Source of the DNA: Gaiellaceae bacterium
Lineage (GTDB): Bacteria > Actinomycetota > Thermoleophilia > Gaiellales > Gaiellaceae
Length of the DNA stretch: 64,000 nt
Assembly: GCA_036259875.1 (NCBI GenBank)
Contig: DATAAZ010000024.1
Location: 7,997 to 71,996 of the forward strand
Reading direction: 5' to 3'
Shown: positions 25,847-34,748 of the stretch, piece by piece
Numbering within the stretch: position 1 is the first letter of the stretch
How the letters are laid out: every line of letters begins with the position of its first letter
Translations under genes and position numbers: made by a program
The notes under the pieces: model-generated
Databases searched by the model: none
Told to the model about the DNA's origin: nothing
The model's input: the letters and a program-made list of their open reading frames with translations, nothing else

Positions 25847-27328
25847 TCAGCGCGAGAGCACCGGCGAGAGCGCCTCGATCACGTCGCGGGCGATCATCCC
25901 CGCCCAACCATGGCGCTTCGCGGCCTCCCCCGCCGCAGCGCCTCCGGCGGCCGCCGCTGCAGCGGCGGCTCGCTGCGGATCCATTCCCTTGGCGAGGAAG
26001 GCGGCCACGATACCGGTGAGGACGTCGCCCGTCCCCGCGCTCGCGAGACCCGGGTTGCCGAGGTCGCAGACGAGAACGCCGCGCCCGGGCGCGGCGACGA
26101 GCGTGTCGGCGCCCTTGAGGAGGACGACCGCTCCGACGTCGTCGGTCGCCTCCTGGACGGCGTCGAGCCGATTCGCGTCGACCCACGCAGATTCCTTGCC
26201 GAGCAGGCGGCTGAGCTCGCCCGAATGCGGGGTGAGAACCGTCGCCGCGTCGCGCGAGAAGACCCACTCGGGCGAGCCAGCCAGCGCCCAGAGAGCGTCC
26301 CCGTCGAGCACGACCGGCAACTCGAGCCGCTCGAGTAGCGCGCGGACAAGCGCCCGCGTCTCGTCGCTCCGGCCGAGGCCCGGCCCGAGTGCGACGGCGT
26401 CCGCCCGCTCGGCGACCTCGAGGACGACGTCGGCCGCGGCCGCGACGAGGCGCCCGTTCGCGTCGGCCGGGCCGGGCGTCGTCGTCACCTCGACGAAGCG
26501 CTGCGCGAACGCGCTCGCGAGCGATTCGGGGACGACGGCGCGCGCGTAGCCCGCGCCGGCGCGCATCGCCGCCTCGGCGGCGAGCGCGGGGGCGCCCGTG
26601 AGGCCGGCCGACCCGCCGACCACGACGACGTAGCCGGCGCTGTACTTGTTGTCGCGCGGACCGCGCCGCGGGACGAGCTGCAGGATCTGCGGCGTCACGC
26701 GACCATGGCGCGTCTCGCCGGCCGCGAGGGCGATGTCCGCGACTTCCACGTCGCCGGCGAGGAAGCGGCCCGGGCCGACGACGAGCCCCAGCTTCCGCCC
26801 GTGGAAGGTGACCGTGAGGTCGGCCTCGACTGCGGCGCCGGCCACCTTCCCGGTCGACGCGTCGACCCCGGACGGGACGTCGACGGCGACGATCGGGACG
26901 CCGAGGCCGTTCAGCGCCTCGATCTGCGCCGCTGCGCCGCGCCGCGGGCGACCCGAGAACCCCGTCCCGAAGAGCGCGTCGACCGCGACGTCGGCGCCGC
27001 CCGGAACCTCCGGGAACGCGACGCCGGCCTCGCGCGCGCGCCGCAGGTTCGCCGCCGCGTCACCGTGGAACTTCTCCTCGGGCCGCGTGAGGATGACCTC
27101 GACGCGGCGCCCCTCCTCGTGGAGCCGTCGCGCGACGACGAGCCCGTCGCCGCCGTTCGAGCCGGCGCCGCACCAAACTGCGAAGTGGCGCGCGTCCGCG
27201 TAGCGAGCGAGCACCGCGGCGGCGGTCGCCCCGCCCGCGCGCTCCATGAGCTCGAGCGTCGGCCCCTCGTACGCCTCCTCCGCGGCGCGCATCTCGGCGG
27301 CCGTATAGAGAGGCTCCCACCACGCCAC
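25847..27328 (-). CDS. nnr: bifunctional NAD(P)H-hydrate repair enzyme Nnr (epimerase + ADP-dependent dehydratase)
   Basis: GTG 27328 gives 493 aa. YTAAEMRAAEE and CGAGSNGGDG form the YjeF_N part; GPGLG and GTGDVLTG form the carbohydrate-kinase-like C part. Confidence 0.88.
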   Translation of the reverse strand: MAWWEPLYTAAEMRAAEEAYEGPTLELMERAGGATAAAVLARYADARHFAVWCGAGSNGGDGLVVARRLHEEGRRVEVILTRPEEKFHGDAAANLRRAREAGVAFPEVPGGADVAVDALFGTGFSGRPRRGAAAQIEALNGLGVPIVAVDVPSGVDASTGKVAGAAVEADLTVTFHGRKLGLVVGPGRFLAGDVEVADIALAAGETRHGRVTPQILQLVPRRGPRDNKYSAGYVVVVGGSAGLTGAPALAAEAAMRAGAGYARAVVPESLASAFAQRFVEVTTTPGPADANGRLVAAAADVVLEVAERADAVALGPGLGRSDETRALVRALLERLELPVVLDGDALWALAGSPEWVFSRDAATVLTPHSGELSRLLGKESAWVDANRLDAVQEATDDVGAVVLLKGADTLVAAPGRGVLVCDLGNPGLASAGTGDVLTGIVAAFLAKGMDPQRAAAAAAAAGGAAAGEAAKRHGWAGMIARDVIEALSPVLSR

Positions 27329-27360
27329 TCCCCGACCCCCGGGCCCGAGGTCGAGCGCCG

Positions 27361-27720
27361 TCAACCGTCGTCGGAGACGACGCAGATCGCCGCGGCGAGC
27401 TCGCGCGAGTGCGTCATCGAGAGATCGATCCGGCCGGCGCCCACGCGCTCCGCCCACGCCTTCGTGGAGCCGGCGAGGCTTACGCCCGGCTTGGGCCGCC
27501 CGGCGATCTCGATCTCGCGCCAGGTGAAGCGAACGCCGCAGCCGAGCGCCTTCCCGATCGCCTCCTTGCCGGCGAACCGCGCGGCGTAGTGCTGCGCCGG
27601 GTTCGCGCGCGAGTCGCAATAGGCACGCTCGACGTCCGTGAAGACGCGTTCGCGAAAGCCGTCGCGGGCAAGGGCGCGCTCGATGCGGCCGATCTCGATC
27701 AGGTCGACGCCGATCTTCAT
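27361..27720 (-). CDS. acpS: holo-[acyl-carrier-protein] synthase
   Basis: ATG 27720 overlaps the upstream stop (ATGA); 119 aa. MKIGVDLIEIGRIE and FAGKEAIGKALG are AcpS motifs. Confidence 0.9.
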   Translation of the reverse strand: MKIGVDLIEIGRIERALARDGFRERVFTDVERAYCDSRANPAQHYAARFAGKEAIGKALGCGVRFTWREIEIAGRPKPGVSLAGSTKAWAERVGAGRIDLSMTHSRELAAAICVVSDDG

Positions 27721-28493
27721 CGCTCGGCGAGGAAGTCTGGCAGGTCGGCGAGCGAGTCGATCACGCCGTCCGGACGGATCTCCGCAGCCGCGAGCGACTC
27801 CTCGCGGAACTTCCCGCTCCGGACGAGGACGCCGCGCATCCCGAGCCGCTTTGCGCCGCCCACGTCCGACTCGACGTCGTCCCCTATCATCGTCGCCTCC
27901 GCCGCCTCCGCCTTGAGCGCGGCGAGCGCTGATTCGAAGTACGCGCGACTCGGCTTCCCGACCAGCTCGGCCTCGATCCGGGCCGCGTACTCGAGCCCCA
28001 CGACGACCGCGCCCGAGTCGAGGAGCGGGCCTCGCGCCGTCTGCCACCACCGGTTGCGGTGAAGGCAGAGGAGTCGCGCGCCCGCTTGGAGCTCGGCGAA
28101 CGCGGCGGTCAGGCGCGCCCACGCGAACACGCGCTCCGTGTCCTCCGTCTCGTCGGCACCACCGACCAGGACGGCCTGTGCGTCGGCTTCGACCAGCTCG
28201 ACGTGGCGGGCGAGATCCTCGTGGATCGCAGGCATCGTGAGCGCGAGAACGCGGGCACCGGCGAGCAGGCGGCCGGCCGCGAGCGGCGTCGTCTCGATCT
28301 CGTCGTCGTCCACCTCGAACCCCATTCCGCGGAGCTCCGCCGCCAGGCGCCCGCGGGGCCGTGTCGTGTTGTTCGTGACGAAGCGCAGGCGATGCCCCGC
28401 TTCGCGGAGCGCGCGGACCGCATCCGCCGCGCCGTCGATCGGCACGCCCGACACATGGAGGACGCCGTCGATGTCGAGCAGAATCGGCGCCAT
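27717..28493 (-). CDS. HAD-IIA family hydrolase
   Basis: ATG 28493 (alternative GTG 28517). MAPILLDIDGVLH carries the DxD motif; FVTNNTT and MIGDDVESDVGGA are also present. Confidence 0.82.
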   Translation of the reverse strand: MAPILLDIDGVLHVSGVPIDGAADAVRALREAGHRLRFVTNNTTRPRGRLAAELRGMGFEVDDDEIETTPLAAGRLLAGARVLALTMPAIHEDLARHVELVEADAQAVLVGGADETEDTERVFAWARLTAAFAELQAGARLLCLHRNRWWQTARGPLLDSGAVVVGLEYAARIEAELVGKPSRAYFESALAALKAEAAEATMIGDDVESDVGGAKRLGMRGVLVRSGKFREESLAAAEIRPDGVIDSLADLPDFLAER

Positions 28494-28908
28494 CACGAAG
28501 GAATCTATCCCGGTCACGTCGGCGCTCGCGATCCCGCTCTGGGAGGTCGAGCTGCGAACCTCGCGCTCGAGCGGGCCGGGCGGCCAGCACGCGCAGAAAA
28601 CGGAGACCCGGGTCGAGGCCGTGTTCGACGTCGAGGGGTCGAAGACGCTTACGGAGGCGCAAAAGCGGCGGCTTCGCGAGCGGATCGGCCCGGTCGTCCG
28701 GGCCGTCGCGCAGGACGAGCGAAGTCAGGCGCGAAACCGCGAGCTCGCGCTCGAGCGCCTCGCCGCGGCGCTCGCCGACGGGCTCCGGACTCGGCGGAGG
28801 CGCCGCCCGACGAAGCCGACGCGCGCGGCCCGTGACCGCCGCCTCGAAGAGAAGCACCACCGCGCGGAGGCGAAGCGCCTGCGCCGGCCGCCGTCCGAGC
28901 CGGACTAG
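28471..28908 (+). CDS. arfB: alternative ribosome-rescue factor ArfB (peptidyl-tRNA hydrolase, GGQ)
   Basis: ATG 28471 gives 145 aa. LAIPLWEVELRTSRSSGPGGQHAQKTETRVEA contains the GGQ motif, and the tail is basic (RRRRPTKPTRAARDRRLEEKHHR). The start overlaps the divergent HAD gene. Confidence 0.8.
   Translation: MSSRIGAITKESIPVTSALAIPLWEVELRTSRSSGPGGQHAQKTETRVEAVFDVEGSKTLTEAQKRRLRERIGPVVRAVAQDERSQARNRELALERLAAALADGLRTRRRRRPTKPTRAARDRRLEEKHHRAEAKRLRRPPSEPD
28502..28507 (-). promoter_or_regulatory. candidate -10 hexamer (TAGATT) 8 nt upstream of the HAD ATG 28493
   Basis: The minus strand reads TAGATT-ccttcgtg-ATG and fits TANNNT. Confidence 0.35.
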
Positions 28909-28997
28909 GGTGACGTTCCGGTTCGCACGCCGTCCGGGATGCTGGATTGCCCGCCCGGACGCTAAGAGGTTCCGCAGCGGCGTCCGTGCGGCACTCG

Positions 28998-29699
28998 TTA
29001 GTCGAGCGCAGGGCTGACCGTGAGCGTCATGACCTCGCTCGGCTCCCGCTTTCCTCTCAGCTGCAGCCGTCTTCGCGGGACGTTTGAATCGAGACCGGCG
29101 GCCGCCGCAGCGTCGCTGGTGACGAGGATCTCGCCGGTCTTCGCCTCCGAGGCCAGGCGAGCCGTCGTGTTCACCGCGTCTCCGAGCGCGGTCAGCTCGG
29201 TGCGCGTCCCCGAGCCGACCGCCCCCACCCAGGCCGTCCCGGTATGCACACCAGCGCCGAGCGGGACCCAGGGGCCATCGGGGTCGAGGTGTCCGGTCGC
29301 TTTGAGGAGCGCACGCGCCGCCTCGATCCCGCGAGCAGCGTGCCGCCGACCGCTGAGCAGCGGAAAGAACATCGCGACCAGCTCGTCGCCGACGAACTTA
29401 TCGACGACGCCGTCGTATTCGAAGACGGTCGCTCCGGCGGTGTCGTAGAACGCGTCCATGAGCCGGCGGAAATCAGCCGGGCGCATTCCCTCCGCAAGCG
29501 CCGTCGAGCCGCGGACATCGGCGAAGAGCATCGTGACCTCGATCTCGGGACCGCCGTGGTGGCGCGACATGAACGTGAAGCAGGACGCGCACCAGTTCGG
29601 ATTCTTCTCGGACGGCCGCTTCCCGATCAGTCGCATCAGCGGTGCGCCAGCGCCGCCGAACGGCGCCGCGCACAGTCGGCAGCGCGGGTCGCGCGGGAT
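28998..29699 (-). CDS. class III adenylate/guanylate cyclase with N-terminal zinc-ribbon; start inferred at ATC 29699
   Basis: The cyclase core contains VTMLFADVRGST, KFVGDELVAMF and GDAVNTTARL. The frame is open to TGA 29801-29799 (minus) and encodes FKLIPRDPRCRLCAAPF, the first CxxC of a CxxC...CxxC ribbon, upstream of the first canonical start (ATG 29636). Confidence 0.78.
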   Translation of the reverse strand: MPRDPRCRLCAAPFGGAGAPLMRLIGKRPSEKNPNWCASCFTFMSRHHGGPEIEVTMLFADVRGSTALAEGMRPADFRRLMDAFYDTAGATVFEYDGVVDKFVGDELVAMFFPLLSGRRHAARGIEAARALLKATGHLDPDGPWVPLGAGVHTGTAWVGAVGSGTRTELTALGDAVNTTARLASEAKTGEILVTSDAAAAAGLDSNVPRRRLQLRGKREPSEVMTLTVSPALD

Positions 29700-29859
29700 G
29701 AGCTTGAAGACGCGCCTGCCCGCATGCTCTTTGGGTGGCCGCGGGTGAGAAACTCGCGCAGAACTCCTCGCTTTCCCGGCCGTGCGGCGGGTTCGAGGTC
29801 ACACCACCTCCACCCGTGAGGGTAGCGCCGCCAAGGAGCGGCGCCGCAATGCCGTGCGG

Positions 29860-31680
29860 CTACTCGACGGTGACCGTTTTCGCCAGGTTCCGAGGCTGGT
29901 CGACGTTCAGGCCGCGCAGCCGTGCGATCCGGTAGGCGAGGAGCTGCAGCGGGACGACGGCGAGCGGCGCCTGGATGAACGGGTGCGTGCGGGGCACGTA
30001 GATGACGTCGTCGGCGTGGTGCTGGATGTCCTCGTTGCCGTCGGTCGCGATCGCGATCACCTCGGCGCCGCGCGCACGAACCTCCTGGATGTTCGAGACG
30101 ACCTTGTCGTAGACGTGCGAGTCCGTCGCGACGCAAACGACGGGCGTGTTGTCCGTGAGGAGCGCGATGGGACCGTGCTTCATCTCGCCCGCGGAGTACG
30201 CCTCGGTGGGGATGTACGAAATCTCCTTGAGCTTGAGCGCGCCCTCGAGGCAGACCGGGAGGCCGATGTGCCGGCCCAGGTAGAGGAAGAAGTCCTCGTC
30301 GTGGTGCCGCCGGGCGATCTCCTCGATCGGGTGATGCCCGTCGAGGAACGCGCTCAGTTTCGCCGGGAGCGCGCGCAGTTCGGCGACGAGGGCGGCGATC
30401 TCGGCGTCCGTGCGCGTCCCGCGCACCTGCGCAAGTCGGAGCGCGAGGAGGAAGAGGAGGACGACCTGCGCGGTGAACGTCTTCGTCGCGGCGACCCCCA
30501 TCTCGAGCCCCGCCCGCGTGTACAGCACGTTGTCCACCTCACGCGTGATCTGCGTCCCGGGCAGGTTCGTGATCGCGAGCGTTCGCGCCCCGAGCTCGCC
30601 GGCCAGGCGCACAGCGTGCACGGTGTCGCGCGTCTCGCCCGACTGCGAGATGCCGAGCGCGATCGTGCCGTCGGCGACGACCGGGTTTCGGTACAGCCAC
30701 TCGCTCGCGACATCGAACTCGCAGGGGACGCGCGCCCACTCCTCGACCGCGTAGCGGCCGACGACGCCGGCGTGGTAGGCGGTCCCGCATGCGAGGATGA
30801 GGATCCGCGAGAGGCTCGCCAGGTCTTCGGCGGAGACGCCCGGAAGCACGATCTCGTCGCCGTCCAGGTGCTCCTCGATCGTTCGCGCGAGCGCCGTCGG
30901 CTGCTCGTAGATCTCCTTCAGCATGAAGCTCTCAAAGCCGAGCTTCTCCGCCGCCTCGTCGTCCCAGTCGATCGCGAGAACCTCACGATGCCGCTCCTCG
31001 TTCTCGACCGAGAGGAAGCGCGGGCCCTCGGGAGTGACCGCGACGACCTCGCCATCCTCGATCAGCTTCACGCGGTTCGTCTCGCGCCGGAACGCCGCGA
31101 TCGAGGACGCGAGGAACGTCTCGCCGTCTCCGATCCCGACGACGAGCGGGCACTGGAGACGCGCGCCGACGAGGAGGCCGGGATGCTCACGGTGCGAGAC
31201 GACGAACGCGAAATGGCCTTCGAGCTGGCGGTAGACCGCCCGCACGGCGTCGACGAGGTCGCCCCCGTAGTGTCGTTCGAGGAGGTGCGCGACGACCTCC
31301 GCGTCGGTCTCGGACGTGAACGCGTGCCCCTCGGCGAGCAGGCTCGCCCTGAGCTCGCGGAAGTTCTCGACGATGCCGTTCAGGACGATCACGATCTCGC
31401 CCGGCGTGCACCCGCCCAGCGGGTGCGCGTTCTCGTACGAGACGCGGCCGTGCGTCGCCCAGCGCGTGTGGCCGACGCCCGTCGTCGAGCGGGAGCCGTT
31501 CGACTCGGCCGCCGCCTTCAGGTTGTCGAGGTTGCCGACCGCGCGGACGACCTCGAGCCCGCCGTCCTCGAGCAGCCCGAAGCCGGCCGAGTCATAGCCG
31601 CGGTACTCGAGTCGCTCCAGGCCCCCGATCAGGAGGGGGCGTGCGTCCCGCGAGCCGACGTAGCCGATGATGCCGCACAT
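29860..31680 (-). CDS. glmS: glutamine--fructose-6-phosphate aminotransferase (isomerising)
   Basis: 606 aa. It starts MCGIIGYVG... and ends ...NLAKTVTVE; GGAGG lies 7 nt upstream of the ATG. Confidence 0.95.
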   Translation of the reverse strand: MCGIIGYVGSRDARPLLIGGLERLEYRGYDSAGFGLLEDGGLEVVRAVGNLDNLKAAAESNGSRSTTGVGHTRWATHGRVSYENAHPLGGCTPGEIVIVLNGIVENFRELRASLLAEGHAFTSETDAEVVAHLLERHYGGDLVDAVRAVYRQLEGHFAFVVSHREHPGLLVGARLQCPLVVGIGDGETFLASSIAAFRRETNRVKLIEDGEVVAVTPEGPRFLSVENEERHREVLAIDWDDEAAEKLGFESFMLKEIYEQPTALARTIEEHLDGDEIVLPGVSAEDLASLSRILILACGTAYHAGVVGRYAVEEWARVPCEFDVASEWLYRNPVVADGTIALGISQSGETRDTVHAVRLAGELGARTLAITNLPGTQITREVDNVLYTRAGLEMGVAATKTFTAQVVLLFLLALRLAQVRGTRTDAEIAALVAELRALPAKLSAFLDGHHPIEEIARRHHDEDFFLYLGRHIGLPVCLEGALKLKEISYIPTEAYSAGEMKHGPIALLTDNTPVVCVATDSHVYDKVVSNIQEVRARGAEVIAIATDGNEDIQHHADDVIYVPRTHPFIQAPLAVVPLQLLAYRIARLRGLNVDQPRNLAKTVTVE

Positions 31681-31712
31681 TCAACGCCTCCAGAGACACG
31701 GAAGCTCGGCGG

Positions 31713-32990
31713 TCAGCCGAGCTTCGTCGCCACGAGCTGGCAGATCCTACCACACAATTCCTCCGCTTCCGAGCCCGTCGGGGCTTCGGCGAGCACGCGC
31801 AGGACGGGCTCGGTTCCCGACGGGCGAACGAGGACGCGCGCCCGGCCGGCGAGCGCGCCGTTCAGGCGCCCGACCTCCGCCGCGACGTCCGGGGGGATCT
31901 CGTTCGACGCGACCGGGACGTTGGCCTTCACCTGCGGAAGCCGGGGCATCGCCGCTGCGAGATCGCCGAGGTCGCGGCCCGATTCGACGACCGCCCGCGC
32001 GACGAGGAGCGCCGCGACTAGGCCGTCACCCGTCGTGTGGCCGTCCAGGTAGACGACGTGGCCCGACTGCTCGCCGCCGAGCCGGCCGCCTTCGCGTCGC
32101 AGCGCCGCGAGCACGTAACGATCCCCGACGTCGGTCGTGACGACCCGGACGCCGCGCTCGTCCATCAACCGGTGGAAGCCGAGGTTCGTCATCGTCGTCA
32201 CCGCAACGAGGTCGACGCCGAGGTGGAGAGCGAGGATCGCGACGATCTGGTCGCCGTCCACCTCGCGGCCGGCCGCGTCGACGGCGAGCATCCGGTCGCC
32301 GTCTCCGTCGAAGGCAACGCCGAAGTCGGCGCCGGCCGCAATCGTCGTCTTCGAGACGAGCCCGAGGGCGCCCGCCCCGCAGCCGACGTTGATGTTCGTC
32401 CCGTCCGGGTCGTCACCGATCGCCGTCACGTCCGCGCCGAGGCGGGCGAACGCGGCCGGCGCGACGTCGCTCATCGCGCCGTTCGCGCAGTCGCAGACGA
32501 CGCGCAGGCCGGCGAGCGGCACGCCGAAGCGGGCGGTCACGAGCTCGACGTACCGGTCGCCGAGCTCCTCCGGCTCGGGCCAGCGCTCCTCGACCGAGGC
32601 GTCCGCGCCCGGCCCGTCGAGGAGCTCCTCGATCGCCGCCTCGTCGGCGTCCGAGAGCTTGAAGCCCTCGCGGTCGAAGAACTTGACGCCGTTGTACTCG
32701 GGGGGGTTGTGGGAGGCGGAAATGACCGCGCCGCACCCGTCGGCGAGGAGTGGGACGGCCGGCGTCGGCAAAATCCCGCCCCAGCGCACCGGAGATCCCC
32801 CCGCTGCGAGCCCCGACGAGAGCGCGAGCTCGAGCGCAGCACCCGACGCCCGCGTATCGCGCCCGACCAGCACGGGGCAGCCGTCGCTCCAGCCTGCGAA
32901 GGCACGTCCGAGCCGCCGGACCAGGTCCTCGGTCAGGTCCTCGCCGAAGATCCCGCGAACTCCGTCTGTGCCGAAGTATCGGCGCCTCAT
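31713..32990 (-). CDS. glmM: phosphoglucosamine mutase
   Basis: ATG 32990 (alternative 33017). MRRRYFGTDGVRG is the N-terminus, SASHNPPEYNGVKF is the phosphoserine loop, and GEQSGH is present. Confidence 0.92.
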   Translation of the reverse strand: MRRRYFGTDGVRGIFGEDLTEDLVRRLGRAFAGWSDGCPVLVGRDTRASGAALELALSSGLAAGGSPVRWGGILPTPAVPLLADGCGAVISASHNPPEYNGVKFFDREGFKLSDADEAAIEELLDGPGADASVEERWPEPEELGDRYVELVTARFGVPLAGLRVVCDCANGAMSDVAPAAFARLGADVTAIGDDPDGTNINVGCGAGALGLVSKTTIAAGADFGVAFDGDGDRMLAVDAAGREVDGDQIVAILALHLGVDLVAVTTMTNLGFHRLMDERGVRVVTTDVGDRYVLAALRREGGRLGGEQSGHVVYLDGHTTGDGLVAALLVARAVVESGRDLGDLAAAMPRLPQVKANVPVASNEIPPDVAAEVGRLNGALAGRARVLVRPSGTEPVLRVLAEAPTGSEAEELCGRICQLVATKLG

Positions 32991-33036
32991 CGTTGCGGGA
33001 GTGTAGGGGCCGGGCATCCCCGGCCCGCGGCGGCCG

Positions 33037-33432
33037 CTACCGCTTCGAGTACTGCGGCGCCTTGCGCGCTTTGTGGAGGCCCGCCTTCTTGCGCTCGACG
33101 ATCCGTGCATCGCGGGTGAGGAACCCCTCCCGCTTGAGGACGGTTCGCAGCGCGGGGTCCGCTTCGACGAGCGCCCGCGCGATGCCGTGCCGGAGCGCAC
33201 CCGCCTGGCCCGTCACCCCGCCGCCGTCGATCCGCGCCCGCACGTCGAAGCGGCCCTCGACGCCCGCGACGCGAAGCGGCGCCGACGCGGTCGTCCGCTG
33301 CGTCGCGCGCGGGAAATACTCCTCGAGCGTCCGCCCGTTGATCCACCAGGCACCGTCGCCCGGGCGGAGGATCACGCGCGCGACGGAGGTCTTCCGCTTA
33401 CCGGTGCCGCGATACTGGGCGATCTCGTTCAC
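33037..33432 (-). CDS. rpsI: 30S ribosomal protein S9
   Basis: GTG 33432 overlaps the rplM stop (GTGA); 131 aa. [12 protein letters not shown] is present and the C-terminus is ...[11 protein letters not shown]. Confidence 0.95.
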   Translation of the reverse strand: MNEIAQYRGTGKRKTSVARVILRPGDGAWWINGRTLEEYFPRATQRTTASAPLRVAGVEGRFDVRARIDGGGVTGQAGALRHGIARALVEADPALRTVLKREGFLTRDARIVERKKAGLHKARKAPQYSKR

Positions 33433-33854
33433 GGGAGCGGCTCCGGCTTCTGCGCCTCGTGCGGGTGGCCGGGGCCCGCGTACACCTTGAGCTTGGTGAT
33501 CTGCCGCCGGGCGAGGCGGTTCCGCGGCAGCATCCCCCTCACCGCTTTGCGCACGACCTCGGTCGGCCGCCGCTCGAGCTCCTCGCGGAGCGTCCGCGTG
33601 CGGAGGCCGCCGGGGTAGCCCGAATGCCGGTGGTAGAGCTTCTCGTCCAGCTTCTTCCCCGTCACGGCGACCTTCTCGGCGTTGACGACGACCACGAAGT
33701 CGCCGGTATCGACGTGCGGCGTGTACTCGGGCTTTTGCTTCCCGCGCAGCGTGTCGGCGATCCGGGTCGCGAGCCGCCCGAGGGTCTCCCCCTCGGCGTC
33801 CACGACGTACCAGCGGCGTTCGACGTCCTCGGCTTTCGCGTTCCAGGTCTTCAT
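33429..33854 (-). CDS. rplM: 50S ribosomal protein L13
   Basis: 141 aa, with [30 protein letters not shown] and [10 protein letters not shown]. Confidence 0.95.
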   Translation of the reverse strand: MKTWNAKAEDVERRWYVVDAEGETLGRLATRIADTLRGKQKPEYTPHVDTGDFVVVVNAEKVAVTGKKLDEKLYHRHSGYPGGLRTRTLREELERRPTEVVRKAVRGMLPRNRLARRQITKLKVYAGPGHPHEAQKPEPLP

Positions 33855-33864
33855 GCGCAGAAAG

Positions 33865-33890
33865 AACGGCGGACTCGGGCGCCCGCCGTT
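33865..33890 (-). other. stable hairpin 10 nt upstream of the rplM ATG (5'-UTR stem-loop or terminator of the upstream gene)
   Basis: The minus strand reads AACGGCGG-gcgcccgagt-CCGCCGTT followed by CTTTCTGCGC-ATG. A TACCAT hexamer (33901-33896) lies 5 nt upstream of the stem. Confidence 0.45.
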
Positions 33891-33913
33891 TGCCGATGGT
33901 ACCAGCGCGTTCG

Positions 33914-34216
33914 CTACGCCGTCTGAACGATCTCGAGGCCGACGATTGTCGGGCGCCCGTCGACTTCCGCCCAGCGGGAGTCGACGGCAATCGCGCCTTC
34001 GTCGCCGCTGTAGCGGATCCGCGCGGTGTACGAACCGCCCGACTCCTCGACGGAGACGACCTCGGAGCCGGTCAGGGGACGCGGCATCGCCCGCATTACC
34101 TCTCCCGCGGCCGCCTTCATGTCTTCGCTCAGGTACGACCCGGCCGTCTCGTAGTCGCGTTCGACCGTCGCCTGCGCGTGCGTCTCGGCCGCCTCGCGGA
34201 CCGTGGCCTCATTCAT
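33914..34216 (-). CDS. hypothetical protein (100 aa)
   Basis: Strong GC3 bias and balanced composition ([29 protein letters not shown]...). The start overlaps the upstream gene end by 8 nt. Family not recognised. Confidence 0.6.
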   Translation of the reverse strand: MNEATVREAAETHAQATVERDYETAGSYLSEDMKAAAGEVMRAMPRPLTGSEVVSVEESGGSYTARIRYSGDEGAIAVDSRWAEVDGRPTIVGLEIVQTA

Positions 34217-34748
34217 GGCGCAGGATTCTACGCAGGCCGTCGCGGAACGCCGACGCGCCGGCGTGCGACGGATGGCGGACGGCCGGGCCGCCGAGAACCG
34301 ACTCGGCGAGGCGCCCGACCGCGATGACGCGGCGGCCCGCGGCCAGCGTCGTGAGGAAAGGGTGCGCCGCCGCGATCTCGGCTCCGGTTGGCCTCCGGTT
34401 CGTGTCCGGTCGTTCGCGGAGGTGAGGGTGCGTCGGGACGACGTTCCAGAGGAGAACGGTTCGCTCGAGACCGAGCTCGGCTAGCGTCCGGTGGACGATG
34501 GTTGCCGTCGCCTCTGCCGGCCCGGTGCCCGAGAGCTGCCGCTCCGAGGTCAGCGGAACGCCGCTCACGCGCGTTCCCCGGTACCCGGGCGCCTCCGCGA
34601 CGAGGAGGACGGGAGCATCGGCGCGCTCGCGGAGGTAGACGGCGAGCCGTTCCCGCCGCCGCTCGGCGCCCTCGCCGTCTCGGTAGAAGTTGAACGTCGC
34701 GCCGATCGTCGCCGCGGCGAGTTGCTCGACGAGCTCGATCGGCCTCAC
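34209..34748 (-). CDS. uracil-DNA glycosylase superfamily protein
   Basis: GTG 34748 overlaps the MFS stop (GTGA); 179 aa. LLVAEAPGYRGTRVSGVPLT and VPTHPH resemble the family-4-like UDG fold. Confidence 0.72.
   Translation of the reverse strand: MRPIELVEQLAAATIGATFNFYRDGEGAERRRERLAVYLRERADAPVLLVAEAPGYRGTRVSGVPLTSERQLSGTGPAEATATIVHRTLAELGLERTVLLWNVVPTHPHLRERPDTNRRPTGAEIAAAHPFLTTLAAGRRVIAVGRLAESVLGGPAVRHPSHAGASAFRDGLRRILRHE

Noticed and set aside
31681-31712. Possible glmS ribozyme upstream of glmS
   Set aside because: Only 32 nt separate the glmM stop from the glmS ATG, and they contain just an SD. That is far too short for the ribozyme.
29782-32052. 756-aa plus-strand ORF
   Set aside because: It is antisense to glmS, which is unambiguous (MCGIIGYVG...TVTVE).
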